The notes: a model not told the origin generated them from the letters alone. DNA of 63,892 nt, filler included, from Candidatus Woesearchaeota archaeon (GCA_018399355.1; 5 parts of 5 records of this genome joined end to end with filler, not necessarily neighbours in it); one strand, 5' to 3'; shown: positions 47,822 to 57,936, counted from the first letter of the whole stretch. Translations and numbers: made by a program.

Positions 47822-48952
47822 TTATAGGGATTTATAAAGAAATGAATCATTTACCTCATCAAATCTTTCAGGTAATATAAAATCTGTATCGAAAACCCTT
47901 TGCATTTCGTAACTTAATAAATATTCTCTTCCTGATAGAAGCCGGTTCTTGTTAGTATCATTAATATTAGTTCTGTCTTCCTCATTTCCGCATACTATTA
48001 TGTCTTTTGAAATATTAATCTCTCCTTTTTCAGAGCTTAATAAGGAATATAATCCATTCATAAGTGCGCTTATAATCTTTCCATCTATGTACTTATCAGA
48101 TATTGTTGAAACAGTAAGCTTAGGGCATGCTGCAATAGTTATATAATTTTCCAGATTTTTAACTGGCCTTTTATATGCTTTGTATATCTGCTCAATATCT
48201 GGATTTGGTTTTAAGTATTCTGTAAATGCGCCGCTAAAGCATGAATCCAATATGAGTGCTTTTTCTCCCTTAACCTTGCTTATCTTTTCATATAATTCAG
48301 AAGGGGTAATAAGCTCAAAATCATCATCTTCATTTATACACTTTGAGTCCTTGTTAAGGCAGATACCCTGAATTGTTTTATCAATATTATTTTTCTCAAT
48401 AATACTGCCGTGAGTAGCAAAATAAAAAACAGTTTTAGATTTTTCATCACTTTTTCCAGCCATATCTTTTATTTTTTCAATCAGGTTTTCTTTTGTCGCA
48501 TTTTCTGGTATCATTATTTCAACATCAAAATTTCTTTTTTTAAGCTCATCGTTAATCAGTTTGACATCGTCATTCCTTGTGTATTTTTGTTGCAGTATCA
48601 AAGCATTACCTTTTTCTCTCATCAAATTTTGAATAGAGTTTGTGTAAAGAATTTTGGGTTTATGAATCTCTTTCTGAACTCTGTTTTCCATATCATAAAA
48701 ATATCCAAAAAAATTAAGAAAGACAGCAGGAACAAAAAAGCTGAGAAATAATATCTCCTCTCTGCCTTTTTTAGCAATCTCTGTTGTAAGAATATCACCC
48801 AAGTTATTGCACAATGGAAAATTATTTCCTTTCCCCCTAACAAAATTATTAAATCTATTTCTAAGTTTTGAGATTTTGCTTTCTTTTTTGTAATTTGGGT
48901 CAAATCCAATTAAATTATCCAAGTATATCTTGTTTTTCCCGAATTTTTTCAT
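47822..48952 (-). CDS. Caspase-like (C14) cysteine peptidase with N-terminal TM helix
   Basis: NATKENL, FYFATHG (His) and ILDSCFSG (Cys) dyad; TM ILFLSFFVPAVFLNFFGYF. Confidence 0.8.
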   Translation of the reverse strand: MKKFGKNKIYLDNLIGFDPNYKKESKISKLRNRFNNFVRGKGNNFPLCNNLGDILTTEIAKKGREEILFLSFFVPAVFLNFFGYFYDMENRVQKEIHKPKILYTNSIQNLMREKGNALILQQKYTRNDDVKLINDELKKRNFDVEIMIPENATKENLIEKIKDMAGKSDEKSKTVFYFATHGSIIEKNNIDKTIQGICLNKDSKCINEDDDFELITPSELYEKISKVKGEKALILDSCFSGAFTEYLKPNPDIEQIYKAYKRPVKNLENYITIAACPKLTVSTISDKYIDGKIISALMNGLYSLLSSEKGEINISKDIIVCGNEEDRTNINDTNKNRLLSGREYLLSYEMQRVFDTDFILPERFDEVNDSFLYKSL

Positions 48953-49084
48953 AGGCGTATTATAATTATATGAGATTTATAAAGTTTTCTGTTTTGTTAC
49001 TACTTATTTGTTACTAAATAGTGTTATTATGGTATTTTACATTTTCCAAAACATTTATTAATAAATGTCTTTTCCTGTGAGATT

Positions 49085-49999
49085 ATGGCAGAGCAAAACG
49101 ACATATACAACGAATTTTCAAAAAACAAGCATATATCCAATATGCTAAAATACTATGAAAAAAACTACAAGAAGCTTCTCTTTATTCCAATAATAATACT
49201 TGTTTTATCACTAAGTTTTCTAGGTTACAGATATGCAACAACAGGTGAATTTGTTGAGCAGGGAATCTCGCTGAAAGGCGGAACAACTGTAACAATCCCA
49301 TCAGGTGATATAAACACAGCTGAATTAAGAGAATATCTCACATCTGTTTTTCCTAATTCAGAAATATCAGTAAGAACTCTTGCAAGCTTTGGCGAAGTTA
49401 CAGCAGTAGAGGTAAGCGCCTCTGATGTAACATCAAAAGAAATGCTCACAATATTAAGACCAAGGTTCGGCGACCTTGAATACAGTGTTGAGGAAATGGG
49501 CTCTTCACTGGGAAGCAGCTTTTTCAGGGAAACCTTTTTCGCTTTATTATTTGCATTTTTATTCATGGCAGTGATTGTATTCTTTTATTTCAGGGAGCCT
49601 GTACCCTCATTGGCAATAGTGCTTTCAGCATTGTCAAATATGATAGTTACCCTTGCTGTTATAAACATTCTTGGAGTAAGGCTTTCAACAGCAGGAGTTG
49701 CCGCTTTCTTAATGCTAATAGGATATAGTGTTGATACAAACATACTTTTATCAACAAAAGTTCTTAAAAGAGACAGGGGATCAATTATAGAAAGGATAAT
49801 AAGCGGAATGAAAACAGGATTTTTGATGACTCTAACAACCTTTACAGCAGTATTGATTGCATATATATTCTCACAATCAGAGGCATTAAGCCAGATCATG
49901 CTTATACTTATGGTAGGCCTTTTAATGGATTTGCTCAACACATGGGTGCAGAATGCAGGAATATTAAGGCTGTATCTTGAAAAAAAAGGTAAAAAATGA
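49085..49999 (+). CDS. secF: Protein translocase subunit SecF
   Basis: GISLKGGT, AAFLMLIGYSVDTNILL, NTWVQNAG. Confidence 0.93.
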   Translation: MAEQNDIYNEFSKNKHISNMLKYYEKNYKKLLFIPIIILVLSLSFLGYRYATTGEFVEQGISLKGGTTVTIPSGDINTAELREYLTSVFPNSEISVRTLASFGEVTAVEVSASDVTSKEMLTILRPRFGDLEYSVEEMGSSLGSSFFRETFFALLFAFLFMAVIVFFYFREPVPSLAIVLSALSNMIVTLAVINILGVRLSTAGVAAFLMLIGYSVDTNILLSTKVLKRDRGSIIERIISGMKTGFLMTLTTFTAVLIAYIFSQSEALSQIMLILMVGLLMDLLNTWVQNAGILRLYLEKKGKK

Positions 50000-51633
50000 A
50001 CAACGCAAAAAAGATTTTCACAAATGTAAGGGTAATAATAATGCTTGTTGCCCTTCTGCTTGCAGTAGTTGCAATTAGTCCTAACCCTTTTATTAAGGGA
50101 GTCTCAATAAGAAGCGTTGATATTGACTCACCGGCAAGCCTTGCCGGAATAGAAAGCCCTAAGCCCAATTCAAATCCAATGAGCAAGGAAAGGATAATCT
50201 CAATTAACAATGAGCCAATAAATGATGTAAATGACTACTATTCATTTGAATCCTCTTTAAAGGTTAACAGGACTGTTTTAATTAAAACAAATAAGGCAAC
50301 ATACAGAATATTGACAGAATATAAAACAGAAGAAATCATAATAAACGAGACAACAAATGAAACAAGGACAATAGTTCATGATGACGCAATTGACCTAGGG
50401 TTAAATGTTTATAATTCTCCTACAACAAATATAAGAAAAGGACTTGACTTGCAGGGCGGAACAAGGGTTCTTCTTGAGCCTGAAAGAGAAGTAACCAAGG
50501 ATGAGATGGACATAGTCCTTACAAATATCAAAGAAAGGTTAAATGTTTACGGCCTAAGCGACATTGTTGTAAGGCCTGTTTCAGACCTTTCAGGAAATCA
50601 TTACATACTTATTGAAGTTGCAGGGGCAAATGAAGAAGAGGTAAAGGAACTTGTTTCAGGACAGGGGAAATTTGAGGCAAAGATAGCAGATGATGTTGTT
50701 TTCAGAGGAGGAAATGATATAACTTATGTATGCAGGAGTGCTGACTGTTCTGGAATTGATCCAAATACAGGCTGCGGCCAGAGCAATGGAGATTGGTTCT
50801 GTAGATTTAGATTCTCAATATCATTGAGCCCTGAAGCAGCAAGAAGGCAGGCAGAAAGAACAAAAGACCTTGAAATAATTTCAGAAAATAACAATGAATA
50901 CCTTAATGAGACTCTTGACCTATACCTTGATGACCAAAACGTTGATTCATTGAACATAGGCGCAGAACTTAAGGGAAGCGATGTAACAGACATACTAATC
51001 TCAGGCTCAGGAGCTGGCTCAACAAAGCAGGAAGCAAAGTTTAACTCGCTGGAAAGTATGAAGAGGCTCCAGACAATATTGATTACAGGCTCACTTCCAG
51101 TGAAGCTTGATATTGTAAAAACAGATACAATATCACCATCATTAGGACAGGAGTTTGTAAAAAATGCCCTTTTCATAGGGATCCTCGTTGTTATTGTTGT
51201 TTCATTGATCGTATTTATAAGATACAGAAAAATAGAAATATCCTTGCCCATGATTATAAATTTAGTATCAGAGGTAATAATAATATTTGGAATTGCTGCA
51301 TTAATAGGGTGGAATATTGACATTGCAGCAATTGCAGGAATCATAATCGTTGTTGGAACAGGGGTTGACCACCTTATTGTAATATCTGATGAGCTTTTAA
51401 GAAAAGAGCAGCAGGTGTTCTTTAACTGGAAGCAGAGGATAAATAATGCTTTCTTTATAATAATGGCCGCATACTTCACGACCTTTGTCGCAATGCTTCC
51501 ATTGATGAGAGCGGGCGCAGGATTATTAAAAGGATTTGCAATAACAACATTAATTGGAATTTCTGTTGGAGTGTTTATAACAAGGCCTGCATTTGCAGCC
51601 ATGGTCGAAATACTCTTAAAAGACAAGCTTTAA
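49996..51633 (+). CDS. secD: Protein translocase subunit SecD
   Basis: GLDLQGGT, GKFEA, TGSLPV, ISPSLG, GTGVD, LKGFAITT, ITRPA. Confidence 0.93.
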   Translation: MNNAKKIFTNVRVIIMLVALLLAVVAISPNPFIKGVSIRSVDIDSPASLAGIESPKPNSNPMSKERIISINNEPINDVNDYYSFESSLKVNRTVLIKTNKATYRILTEYKTEEIIINETTNETRTIVHDDAIDLGLNVYNSPTTNIRKGLDLQGGTRVLLEPEREVTKDEMDIVLTNIKERLNVYGLSDIVVRPVSDLSGNHYILIEVAGANEEEVKELVSGQGKFEAKIADDVVFRGGNDITYVCRSADCSGIDPNTGCGQSNGDWFCRFRFSISLSPEAARRQAERTKDLEIISENNNEYLNETLDLYLDDQNVDSLNIGAELKGSDVTDILISGSGAGSTKQEAKFNSLESMKRLQTILITGSLPVKLDIVKTDTISPSLGQEFVKNALFIGILVVIVVSLIVFIRYRKIEISLPMIINLVSEVIIIFGIAALIGWNIDIAAIAGIIIVVGTGVDHLIVISDELLRKEQQVFFNWKQRINNAFFIIMAAYFTTFVAMLPLMRAGAGLLKGFAITTLIGISVGVFITRPAFAAMVEILLKDKL

Positions 51634-51634
51634 G

Positions 51635-52162
51635 ATGATAATATCAATATCCGGAAAGCCCGGCTCAGGAAAGAGTTCTGTTGGAAAGATTATTGCAGAA
51701 AAGCTTAACATGGAATACTATGATATGGGGCATTTCAGAAGGCAGATTGCAAAAAAAAGAGGAATAACAATAAACGAGCTTAACAAGATAGGAGAGAAAG
51801 ATTTCTCAACAGACAAGGAAGCAGATGACTTTATAGTGGAAAAGGCAAAACAAGAAGATAATTTTGTAATAGTCAGCAGGACTGCATTTCATTTTATTCC
51901 AAAGTCATTCAAGGTTTTCGTTGATGTTGATTTGCACACAGGAGCAGAAAGAATATTCAAACACAGCAGGGAGCAGGAAAAGTACAAGGATTTTCAGCAC
52001 TCTAAACAATCAATAGAAAAGAGAGATTTGTGTGATAGCAAAAGATACAAAAAATACTACAACATAGATGTATTTGATTTATCAAACTATGACCTTGTCA
52101 TAGACACAACTAATCTTACAATAGAGCAGACAGCTGAAAAAATCATAGAAAAAATCCGATAG
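51635..52162 (+). CDS. cmk: Cytidylate kinase (archaeal type)
   Basis: IISISGKPGSGKS, FRRQIAKKRG, RYKKYYNID, YDLVIDT. Confidence 0.9.
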   Translation: MIISISGKPGSGKSSVGKIIAEKLNMEYYDMGHFRRQIAKKRGITINELNKIGEKDFSTDKEADDFIVEKAKQEDNFVIVSRTAFHFIPKSFKVFVDVDLHTGAERIFKHSREQEKYKDFQHSKQSIEKRDLCDSKRYKKYYNIDVFDLSNYDLVIDTTNLTIEQTAEKIIEKIR

Positions 52163-52219
52163 ATTTATAAATAAAATAAATACACTTTTATTGTTTGTTC
52201 TTGCAACAGAGGGATTAAA

Positions 52220-52915
52220 TTGGTTGAAAAAAAAGATTTTGTAGAAATTGAATATACTGGAAAAGTAAAAGACTTGGATATTGTCTTTGATACAACAGAC
52301 GAAAAAAAGGCCAAAGAGAGCGATGTATATGATAAAAACGCTTCCTATGGTCAGATAATAGTCTGCATAGGCCAAAACCAGGTTATAAAAGGACTTGATA
52401 AAGCCCTCGAGGGAAAACAAACAGGAAAAAATTACACTGTTTTGGTGGAGCCTGAAGACGGTTTCGGAAAAAAGGATGCCAAGCTCATAGATCTTATAGC
52501 AACAAACAAGTTTATCAAGCAGAATATACAGCCAATGCCTGGACTGCAGGTTAATATGGATGGCAGGATTGGAACAATAAAAACAGTAAGCGGAGGAAGA
52601 ACACTAGTTGACTTCAATCATCCACTTGCAGGAAAACAGCTTGAATATGAATTTAAAATAAACAGGATAGTTGAAGATGACAAGGAAAAAATAAGATCAA
52701 TTATTGATATGAGCCTTAATTTAAAAGAAACAGAAGTGGAAGTAAAAGATAAAAAAGCAGAGATAAAAATGAAAATCAAGCAGGATCTTCCAGACCCTGT
52801 AAAACAAGTAATTAAAGACAAAATAAAAGAGCTTGTGCCTTCTGTAGAACAAGTTAATTTCATAAAAAAACAGGATGACAAGCAAAAAGAAAAACAACAG
52901 GAAAATAAGAAATAA
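52220..52915 (+). CDS. FKBP-type peptidyl-prolyl isomerase (long archaeal SlyD-like)
   Basis: FVEIEYTG, VFDTT, VIKGLD, VDFNHPLAGK. Confidence 0.93.
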   Translation: MVEKKDFVEIEYTGKVKDLDIVFDTTDEKKAKESDVYDKNASYGQIIVCIGQNQVIKGLDKALEGKQTGKNYTVLVEPEDGFGKKDAKLIDLIATNKFIKQNIQPMPGLQVNMDGRIGTIKTVSGGRTLVDFNHPLAGKQLEYEFKINRIVEDDKEKIRSIIDMSLNLKETEVEVKDKKAEIKMKIKQDLPDPVKQVIKDKIKELVPSVEQVNFIKKQDDKQKEKQQENKK

Positions 52916-52972
52916 TTATTCCGACAGCTTTAAATATTAGTAATAGAATAACAACCTTATATTTCGCATGAG

Positions 52973-54094
52973 GTGGGTAAATTGGATGATTTTATAAAAG
53001 AAAGCAATGATGGGGGCGTTATTGAAACAGAGCATTCCAGAAAAACAAGAGAGCTTGATGCTGAACTTGAAGAAATGCTTGCAAAGCAAAGGGCAACTAT
53101 CAAGGTTGTCGGAACAGGAGGAGCAGGAAACAACACAATAAACAGGATAACAGAGGTTGGTGTTGTAGGTGCTGAAACTGTTGCTGTAAACACAGACGCC
53201 CAGGATTTGCTGTATACCACTGCGGACAAAAAAATACTCATAGGAAAAGATGTCACTCGCGGTTTGGGAGCAGGATCAAACCCAAAAGTAGGCGAGGAGG
53301 CTGCTCACGAAAATGAGCAGGATATAAAACACTCAATACAGGGAGCTGATATGGTTTTCATAACATGCGGCCTCGGCGGAGGAACAGGAACAGGCTCTGC
53401 TCCAGTGATAGCAGAAATTGCAAAAAAATCAGGAGCCCTTGTTGTTGGTGTTGTAACAATTCCCTTCTCTGTGGAAGGCCAAAGAAGGTATGAAAATGCT
53501 GTTATAGGCCTTGAAAGAATGGAGAATATTGTTGATACATTGATAGTCATACCAAATGATAAATTATTAGAATTAGCACCAGACTTGCCATTGCATACAG
53601 CATTCAAGGTTGCAGATGAGATACTGACAAATGCTGTTAAGGGAATAGCAGAAATGGTCACTAAAGCTGGATTAATAAACCTTGATTTTGCAGACATAAG
53701 GGCTGTGATGACAGGCGGCGGAGTTGCATTAATAGGAGTCGGAGAGTCAGACTCTGAAAACAGAGCAATCGAAGCTGTTGAAAAGGCTGTATCAAATCCA
53801 TTATTGGATGTTGACATATCAGGAGCTAACGGCGCATTGATTAATGTTTCAGGCGGCACAGACATGACCTTGGATGAGGCAAGAAGAGTGGTTGAAGCAA
53901 TATCAGAAAAATTGGATGAAGACGCAAAGCTTATATGGGGAGCGCAGATATCAGAAGATATGCAAAACTCAATAAGGGCTATGCTCATAGTTACAGGAGT
54001 GAAATCATCACAGATATTTGGCTCAGGAATAAGAGTCTCTGAGAGAAAAAAACAGGAGATTGAAACAGAGCTCGGAATAGAGTTTGTGGATTAA
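52973..54094 (+). CDS. ftsZ: Cell division protein FtsZ
   Basis: VGTGGAGNN, NTDAQ, GLGGGTGTG, PNDKL, NLDFAD. Confidence 0.97.
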   Translation: MGKLDDFIKESNDGGVIETEHSRKTRELDAELEEMLAKQRATIKVVGTGGAGNNTINRITEVGVVGAETVAVNTDAQDLLYTTADKKILIGKDVTRGLGAGSNPKVGEEAAHENEQDIKHSIQGADMVFITCGLGGGTGTGSAPVIAEIAKKSGALVVGVVTIPFSVEGQRRYENAVIGLERMENIVDTLIVIPNDKLLELAPDLPLHTAFKVADEILTNAVKGIAEMVTKAGLINLDFADIRAVMTGGGVALIGVGESDSENRAIEAVEKAVSNPLLDVDISGANGALINVSGGTDMTLDEARRVVEAISEKLDEDAKLIWGAQISEDMQNSIRAMLIVTGVKSSQIFGSGIRVSERKKQEIETELGIEFVD

Positions 54095-54095
54095 A

Positions 54096-54281
54096 ATGGA
54101 TTTTAAAAAAATAATTAATAACCTGAAAGGATTTTTCATTGAATGCAAAAGGGTTTTCAGGGTTACAAAAAAGCCGACAAACATGGAATTTAAGACTATT
54201 GTAAAGGCATCCGGACTAGGTATAATAGTTATTGGAATGATAGGATTTATAATAAGCATGATAAGACAAATGATTTTCTAA
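54096..54281 (+). CDS. secE: Protein translocase SecE/Sec61 gamma
   Basis: ECKRVFRVTKKP..EF...GMIGFII, in the conserved ftsZ-secE-spt5 order. Confidence 0.92.
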   Translation: MDFKKIINNLKGFFIECKRVFRVTKKPTNMEFKTIVKASGLGIIVIGMIGFIISMIRQMIF

Positions 54282-54290
54282 GGTGTTGAA

Positions 54291-54782
54291 ATGGAAGATA
54301 GCGAAGAAAAAAAATCAAAAATTTTCATATTAAGGACAACTGCAAATAGGGAAGAGCAGGTAATGGATTTTGTTACAAGCAATGCCACTAAGAAAGGCAT
54401 GGAGATTTACTCTGTAATAAAGCCGCACGGCATGAGGGGATATGTTTTCATAGAAGCCCAAAGCCATGCAGAGGCAGAGCAGGCTGCATTTAATGTCCCT
54501 TACGCAAGAGGTGTTCTGCCAAAGCAGGTTGATTACAGTGAAATAGATCATATGCTTGAAGAATCCAAAAAGGTTGAGATGAATATCAAGAAGAATGACA
54601 TAGTGGAGATAATAAGCGGCCCTTTCAAGAGGGAAAATGCAAAGGTAACAAGAATCGACCAGACAAAAGAAGAGGTTGTACTAGAACTTCTTGAGGCAGC
54701 TGTTCCAATACCAATAACAGTAAAAATGGATACAGTAAAGGTTATAAGGCGCGAGGGCCAGGAGGAAAAGCTGGCTAAATAA
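54291..54782 (+). CDS. spt5: Transcription elongation factor Spt5
   Basis: NGN domain (RGYVFIE) and KOW (VEIISGPFK), VPIPITV. Confidence 0.95.
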   Translation: MEDSEEKKSKIFILRTTANREEQVMDFVTSNATKKGMEIYSVIKPHGMRGYVFIEAQSHAEAEQAAFNVPYARGVLPKQVDYSEIDHMLEESKKVEMNIKKNDIVEIISGPFKRENAKVTRIDQTKEEVVLELLEAAVPIPITVKMDTVKVIRREGQEEKLAK

Positions 54783-54832
54783 TTTTCTTTAGCATAAGAT
54801 TTATATATAATTGGTAAGTTCCTTTCTTTAAA

Positions 54833-55594
54833 ATGGCAAAACAGACTATAGAAGCATTGATTGAAGGCGGCAAGGCAACAGCAGCACCGCCACTAGGACC
54901 AGCCTTAGGTCCACTAGGTGTAAATATAGGCCAAGTCATAGCTGAAATAAACAAAAAAACAGCAAGCTTCAAAAAAATGCAAGTTCCTGTAAAAGTTACA
55001 GTGGATGATGCAACAAAGGAATTTTCTATATCTGTTGGAACACCGCCATGTTCATCATTGATAATAAAAGAAGCTGGCATTGAAAAGGGCTCATCTAATC
55101 CTAAAACAGATAAAGTTGCAGACCTTAAAATAGAGCAGATAATCAAAGTAGCTAAGATGAAAGAGGATTCTCTTCTTGGAAAAACATTAAAGGAAAAAGT
55201 AAAAGAGATAGTTGGAACGTGCCGCTCAATGGGAATTCTTGTCGAGGGAATGCCTTCTGAAGAAGCTATAAAGGAAATAAACAAAGGAAAGTTTGACAAA
55301 GAGATTAAGGAAGAAAAAACAGAGGTCAGTGCAGAAGAACTTAAAGAACTTGAAGAAGAAAGAAAGAAACTGGCTGAAGAAATGAAGGAAAGGCGTGATG
55401 AATTCCTTTCAAAGGCAAAGGCAATAATATCAAAGATGTCAGGAAAGCCAAGGGGAGAGATAAAGTCAAAGCTTACAGAAGCAGAAATCCCCTCAATGAT
55501 AATAGACGAATTATTGCCTGCAGAAGCAAAGCCTGGAGAGGAAGGAAAACCTGCTGAGAAAAAAGAAGAGCAGCCAAAGCAGGAGAAAAAATAA
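54833..55594 (+). CDS. rpl11: 50S ribosomal protein L11 with C-terminal extension
   Basis: EGGKATAAPPLGPALGPLGVN, VGTPP, VGTCRSMG, plus about 90 extra charged residues. Confidence 0.93.
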   Translation: MAKQTIEALIEGGKATAAPPLGPALGPLGVNIGQVIAEINKKTASFKKMQVPVKVTVDDATKEFSISVGTPPCSSLIIKEAGIEKGSSNPKTDKVADLKIEQIIKVAKMKEDSLLGKTLKEKVKEIVGTCRSMGILVEGMPSEEAIKEINKGKFDKEIKEEKTEVSAEELKELEEERKKLAEEMKERRDEFLSKAKAIISKMSGKPRGEIKSKLTEAEIPSMIIDELLPAEAKPGEEGKPAEKKEEQPKQEKK

Positions 55595-55646
55595 ATAAGT
55601 TTAAATATTAGTTAAAATATGTATAATTAAAAAGGGGTGGTCGATA

Positions 55647-55952
55647 ATGGCTATTAGTTCAAAAAATGATGCAAAAAAAGCTCTTTCTGATGTTAATCCA
55701 AACCATAATTTCTTTGTTAGAAATGGACACGTTTTAAAGAACATAAAAGAACTTCCTTCTGCATTAAGGAAAATGAAAAAAGATGAATTTGAGCACCATG
55801 TCAACAAAGAAAGAAATGACTTTGCAAACTGGATTAAGCACATAGTAAAGGACACAAAGCTTGCAGCTGATTTAATGAAAATAAAAGACAAGAAAAACAC
55901 AATAAAAAAGATCAGTGACAGAGTCAAATGGCTTGAAAAGAAAGCCAAATAA
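55647..55952 (+). CDS. DUF5752-like small protein
   Basis: FFVRNG..LKNIKEL...FEHHVNKERNDFANWI. Confidence 0.7.
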   Translation: MAISSKNDAKKALSDVNPNHNFFVRNGHVLKNIKELPSALRKMKKDEFEHHVNKERNDFANWIKHIVKDTKLAADLMKIKDKKNTIKKISDRVKWLEKKAK

Positions 55953-55962
55953 TTTTTTATTT

Positions 55963-56070
55963 CTAATATATTTCTTGCTCTTCGCGGTATTTTGCCCCAC
56001 ATTTAGGGCATATTTTTTCTTCTTCCTTAAGTTCTGCGCCGCACTTCATACATATTTTTTTATATGGCAT
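55963..56070 (-). CDS. Zn-ribbon microprotein (35 aa)
   Basis: Manual translation MPYKKICMKCGAELKEEEKICPKCGAKYREEQEIY; AGGTGG SD upstream. Confidence 0.7.
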   Translation of the reverse strand: MPYKKICMKCGAELKEEEKICPKCGAKYREEQEIY

Positions 56071-56152
56071 TCACGCACCACCTTTTAATTTTTTTATATG
56101 GGTTTAGCATCTTTTTTCAGAAAAAGTAATTTTATTCATTTCTGTTGTTATT

Positions 56153-56252
56153 NNNNNNNNNNNNNNNNNNNNNNNNNNNNNNNNNNNNNNNNNNNNTTAA
56201 TTAATTAANNNNNNNNNNNNNNNNNNNNNNNNNNNNNNNNNNNNNNNNNNNN
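56153..56252. other. Artificial contig linker
   Basis: N44-TTAATTAATTAA-N44. Confidence 0.97.
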
Positions 56253-56285
56253 CTGTATACACCATCACCTTCTACAAATATTTTT

Positions 56286-57239
56286 ATGGAAATAAACCCC
56301 AAAATAATAAGCACAATATTAAAAAAAATTTTTGATTTAAAACCAGATGAAAGCTTTCTTATTTTAACAGACAATCCAAAAAAACAACTGGCCATGCAGA
56401 TTTATGATTATGCAAAAAAGATTTCTTCTGATACCAGGATTGAAGTTATAAAAGAGCTTGAGGTTAATGGCCAGGAGCCAGAGCAGTATGTTGCTGAGTT
56501 AATGCTTGATTATGATGTCCAGTTTTACTTAACATCAAAATCATTATCTCACACTAATGCAAGAAGAAATGCAACAAAAAAAGGGCATAGGATAATATCT
56601 GCTCCTGGTTTAACAAAGGAGATAATTGAAAGATGTGTTGATATTGATTATGAGTGGCTTATAAAACTTCATGAAAAATTGAGGCCTATTGTATTAAATT
56701 CAAAAGAGATTCATATTACAACAAAAAAAGGAACAGATATTAAAACAGCTGTGCATGATACAAGGGGGCAGAGTGATATCATCCTTAAAAATAAGCCTGG
56801 AGATTTTGGAAATTTACCAACAGGAGAGGTTGACAGCGGCATAATAAGAGAGAAAACAAACGGCACAATAGTTTTTGACGGTTCTTTTCCAGGCCTTGGA
56901 ATCCTGAAAAATTCTGTAAAGGTTAAAGTTAATAATGGAAAAGGAGATATTATTCTTGAAAATGAAGAATCAAGGAAAATGAATGAAATGCTTTCTTCAA
57001 AAGGAGAAAGGGCATTTTTACTTGGAGAATTGGGAATTGGAACAAACCCGAAAGCAAAAATCACAGGAATTATCTTAGAGGATGAGAAAGCCATTGGAAC
57101 AGTTCATTTTGCATTCGGAAATGACTTAAGCTACAATGGAAAAAATGATGTTCCATTGCACTTAGACGGGCTAATAAGAAACCCAACAATCAAAGTTGAT
57201 GAAAAAACAATAATGAAAGACGGAAAATTTTTGATTTAA
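56286..57239 (+). CDS. Aminopeptidase (M29/AmpS-like)
   Basis: SLSHT.AR, GNLPTGEV, GELGIGTN, LEDEKAIGTVHFAFG, HLDG. Confidence 0.88.
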   Translation: MEINPKIISTILKKIFDLKPDESFLILTDNPKKQLAMQIYDYAKKISSDTRIEVIKELEVNGQEPEQYVAELMLDYDVQFYLTSKSLSHTNARRNATKKGHRIISAPGLTKEIIERCVDIDYEWLIKLHEKLRPIVLNSKEIHITTKKGTDIKTAVHDTRGQSDIILKNKPGDFGNLPTGEVDSGIIREKTNGTIVFDGSFPGLGILKNSVKVKVNNGKGDIILENEESRKMNEMLSSKGERAFLLGELGIGTNPKAKITGIILEDEKAIGTVHFAFGNDLSYNGKNDVPLHLDGLIRNPTIKVDEKTIMKDGKFLI

Positions 57240-57241
57240 AA

Positions 57242-57898
57242 ATGAACAAGATAAAATGTTTTTATGAAAAACTTCTTGAAAAATATGGCCTGCAGGGATG
57301 GTGGCCTTTGCTCGATTGCAAAGGATGTAATCCAACAAAGACAGGCTCTATCCAGGGTTATCATCCAGGAGATTATTCTTATCCAAAAAATGAAAACCAA
57401 AGGTTTGAAATCTGCATAGGAGCAATATTGACTCAAAACACAAGCTGGCCCCAGGTAGAAAAAGCATTAATCAATCTAAAAAAAATAAATGCAATAAATC
57501 CTGAGAAAATTAAAAATATGGAAATTAGTGAATTATGCCATGCAATAAAGCCGGCTGGCTATTTCAACCAGAAGGCCAAAAAACTAAAAATATTCTCAGA
57601 ATTTTACATTAACCTAAAAGGAAAAAAACCAACAAGAGATGAACTGCTTGCTCTTTGGGGGATAGGTCCGGAAACAGCAGACTCAATTTTGCTTTACGCT
57701 TACAAACTACCTAGCTTTGTCGCGGATGCATACACCAGAAGGATTTTCTCATCCATGGGCTTAATCAAAAAATATGAAACATATGACAACATAAAAAAGC
57801 TTTTTGAAGATAACCTTGAAAAAGACTTTAAATTATATCAGGAATACCATGCTTTGATAGTTGAGCATGCAAAAAACAATAAAAATAAAAAGCTTTAA
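57242..57898 (+). CDS. Endonuclease III-related HhH-GPD DNA glycosylase lacking the Fe-S cluster
   Basis: GWWP, GAILTQNTSW, GIGPETADSILLYA, FVADAYTRR, YHALIV. Confidence 0.88.
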   Translation: MNKIKCFYEKLLEKYGLQGWWPLLDCKGCNPTKTGSIQGYHPGDYSYPKNENQRFEICIGAILTQNTSWPQVEKALINLKKINAINPEKIKNMEISELCHAIKPAGYFNQKAKKLKIFSEFYINLKGKKPTRDELLALWGIGPETADSILLYAYKLPSFVADAYTRRIFSSMGLIKKYETYDNIKKLFEDNLEKDFKLYQEYHALIVEHAKNNKNKKL

Positions 57899-57936
57899 AT
57901 AAAGACGTTGTTTAAAAAACAAAAAAGAGGGATAAA

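Noticed and set aside
50724..51626. 300-aa minus-strand ORF, and similar long antisense ORFs such as 53305-53988, 34863-35390 and 54775-55299
   Set aside because: Fully antisense to secD, ftsZ, ABCE1 and rpl11, with no motifs; codon-bias shadows.
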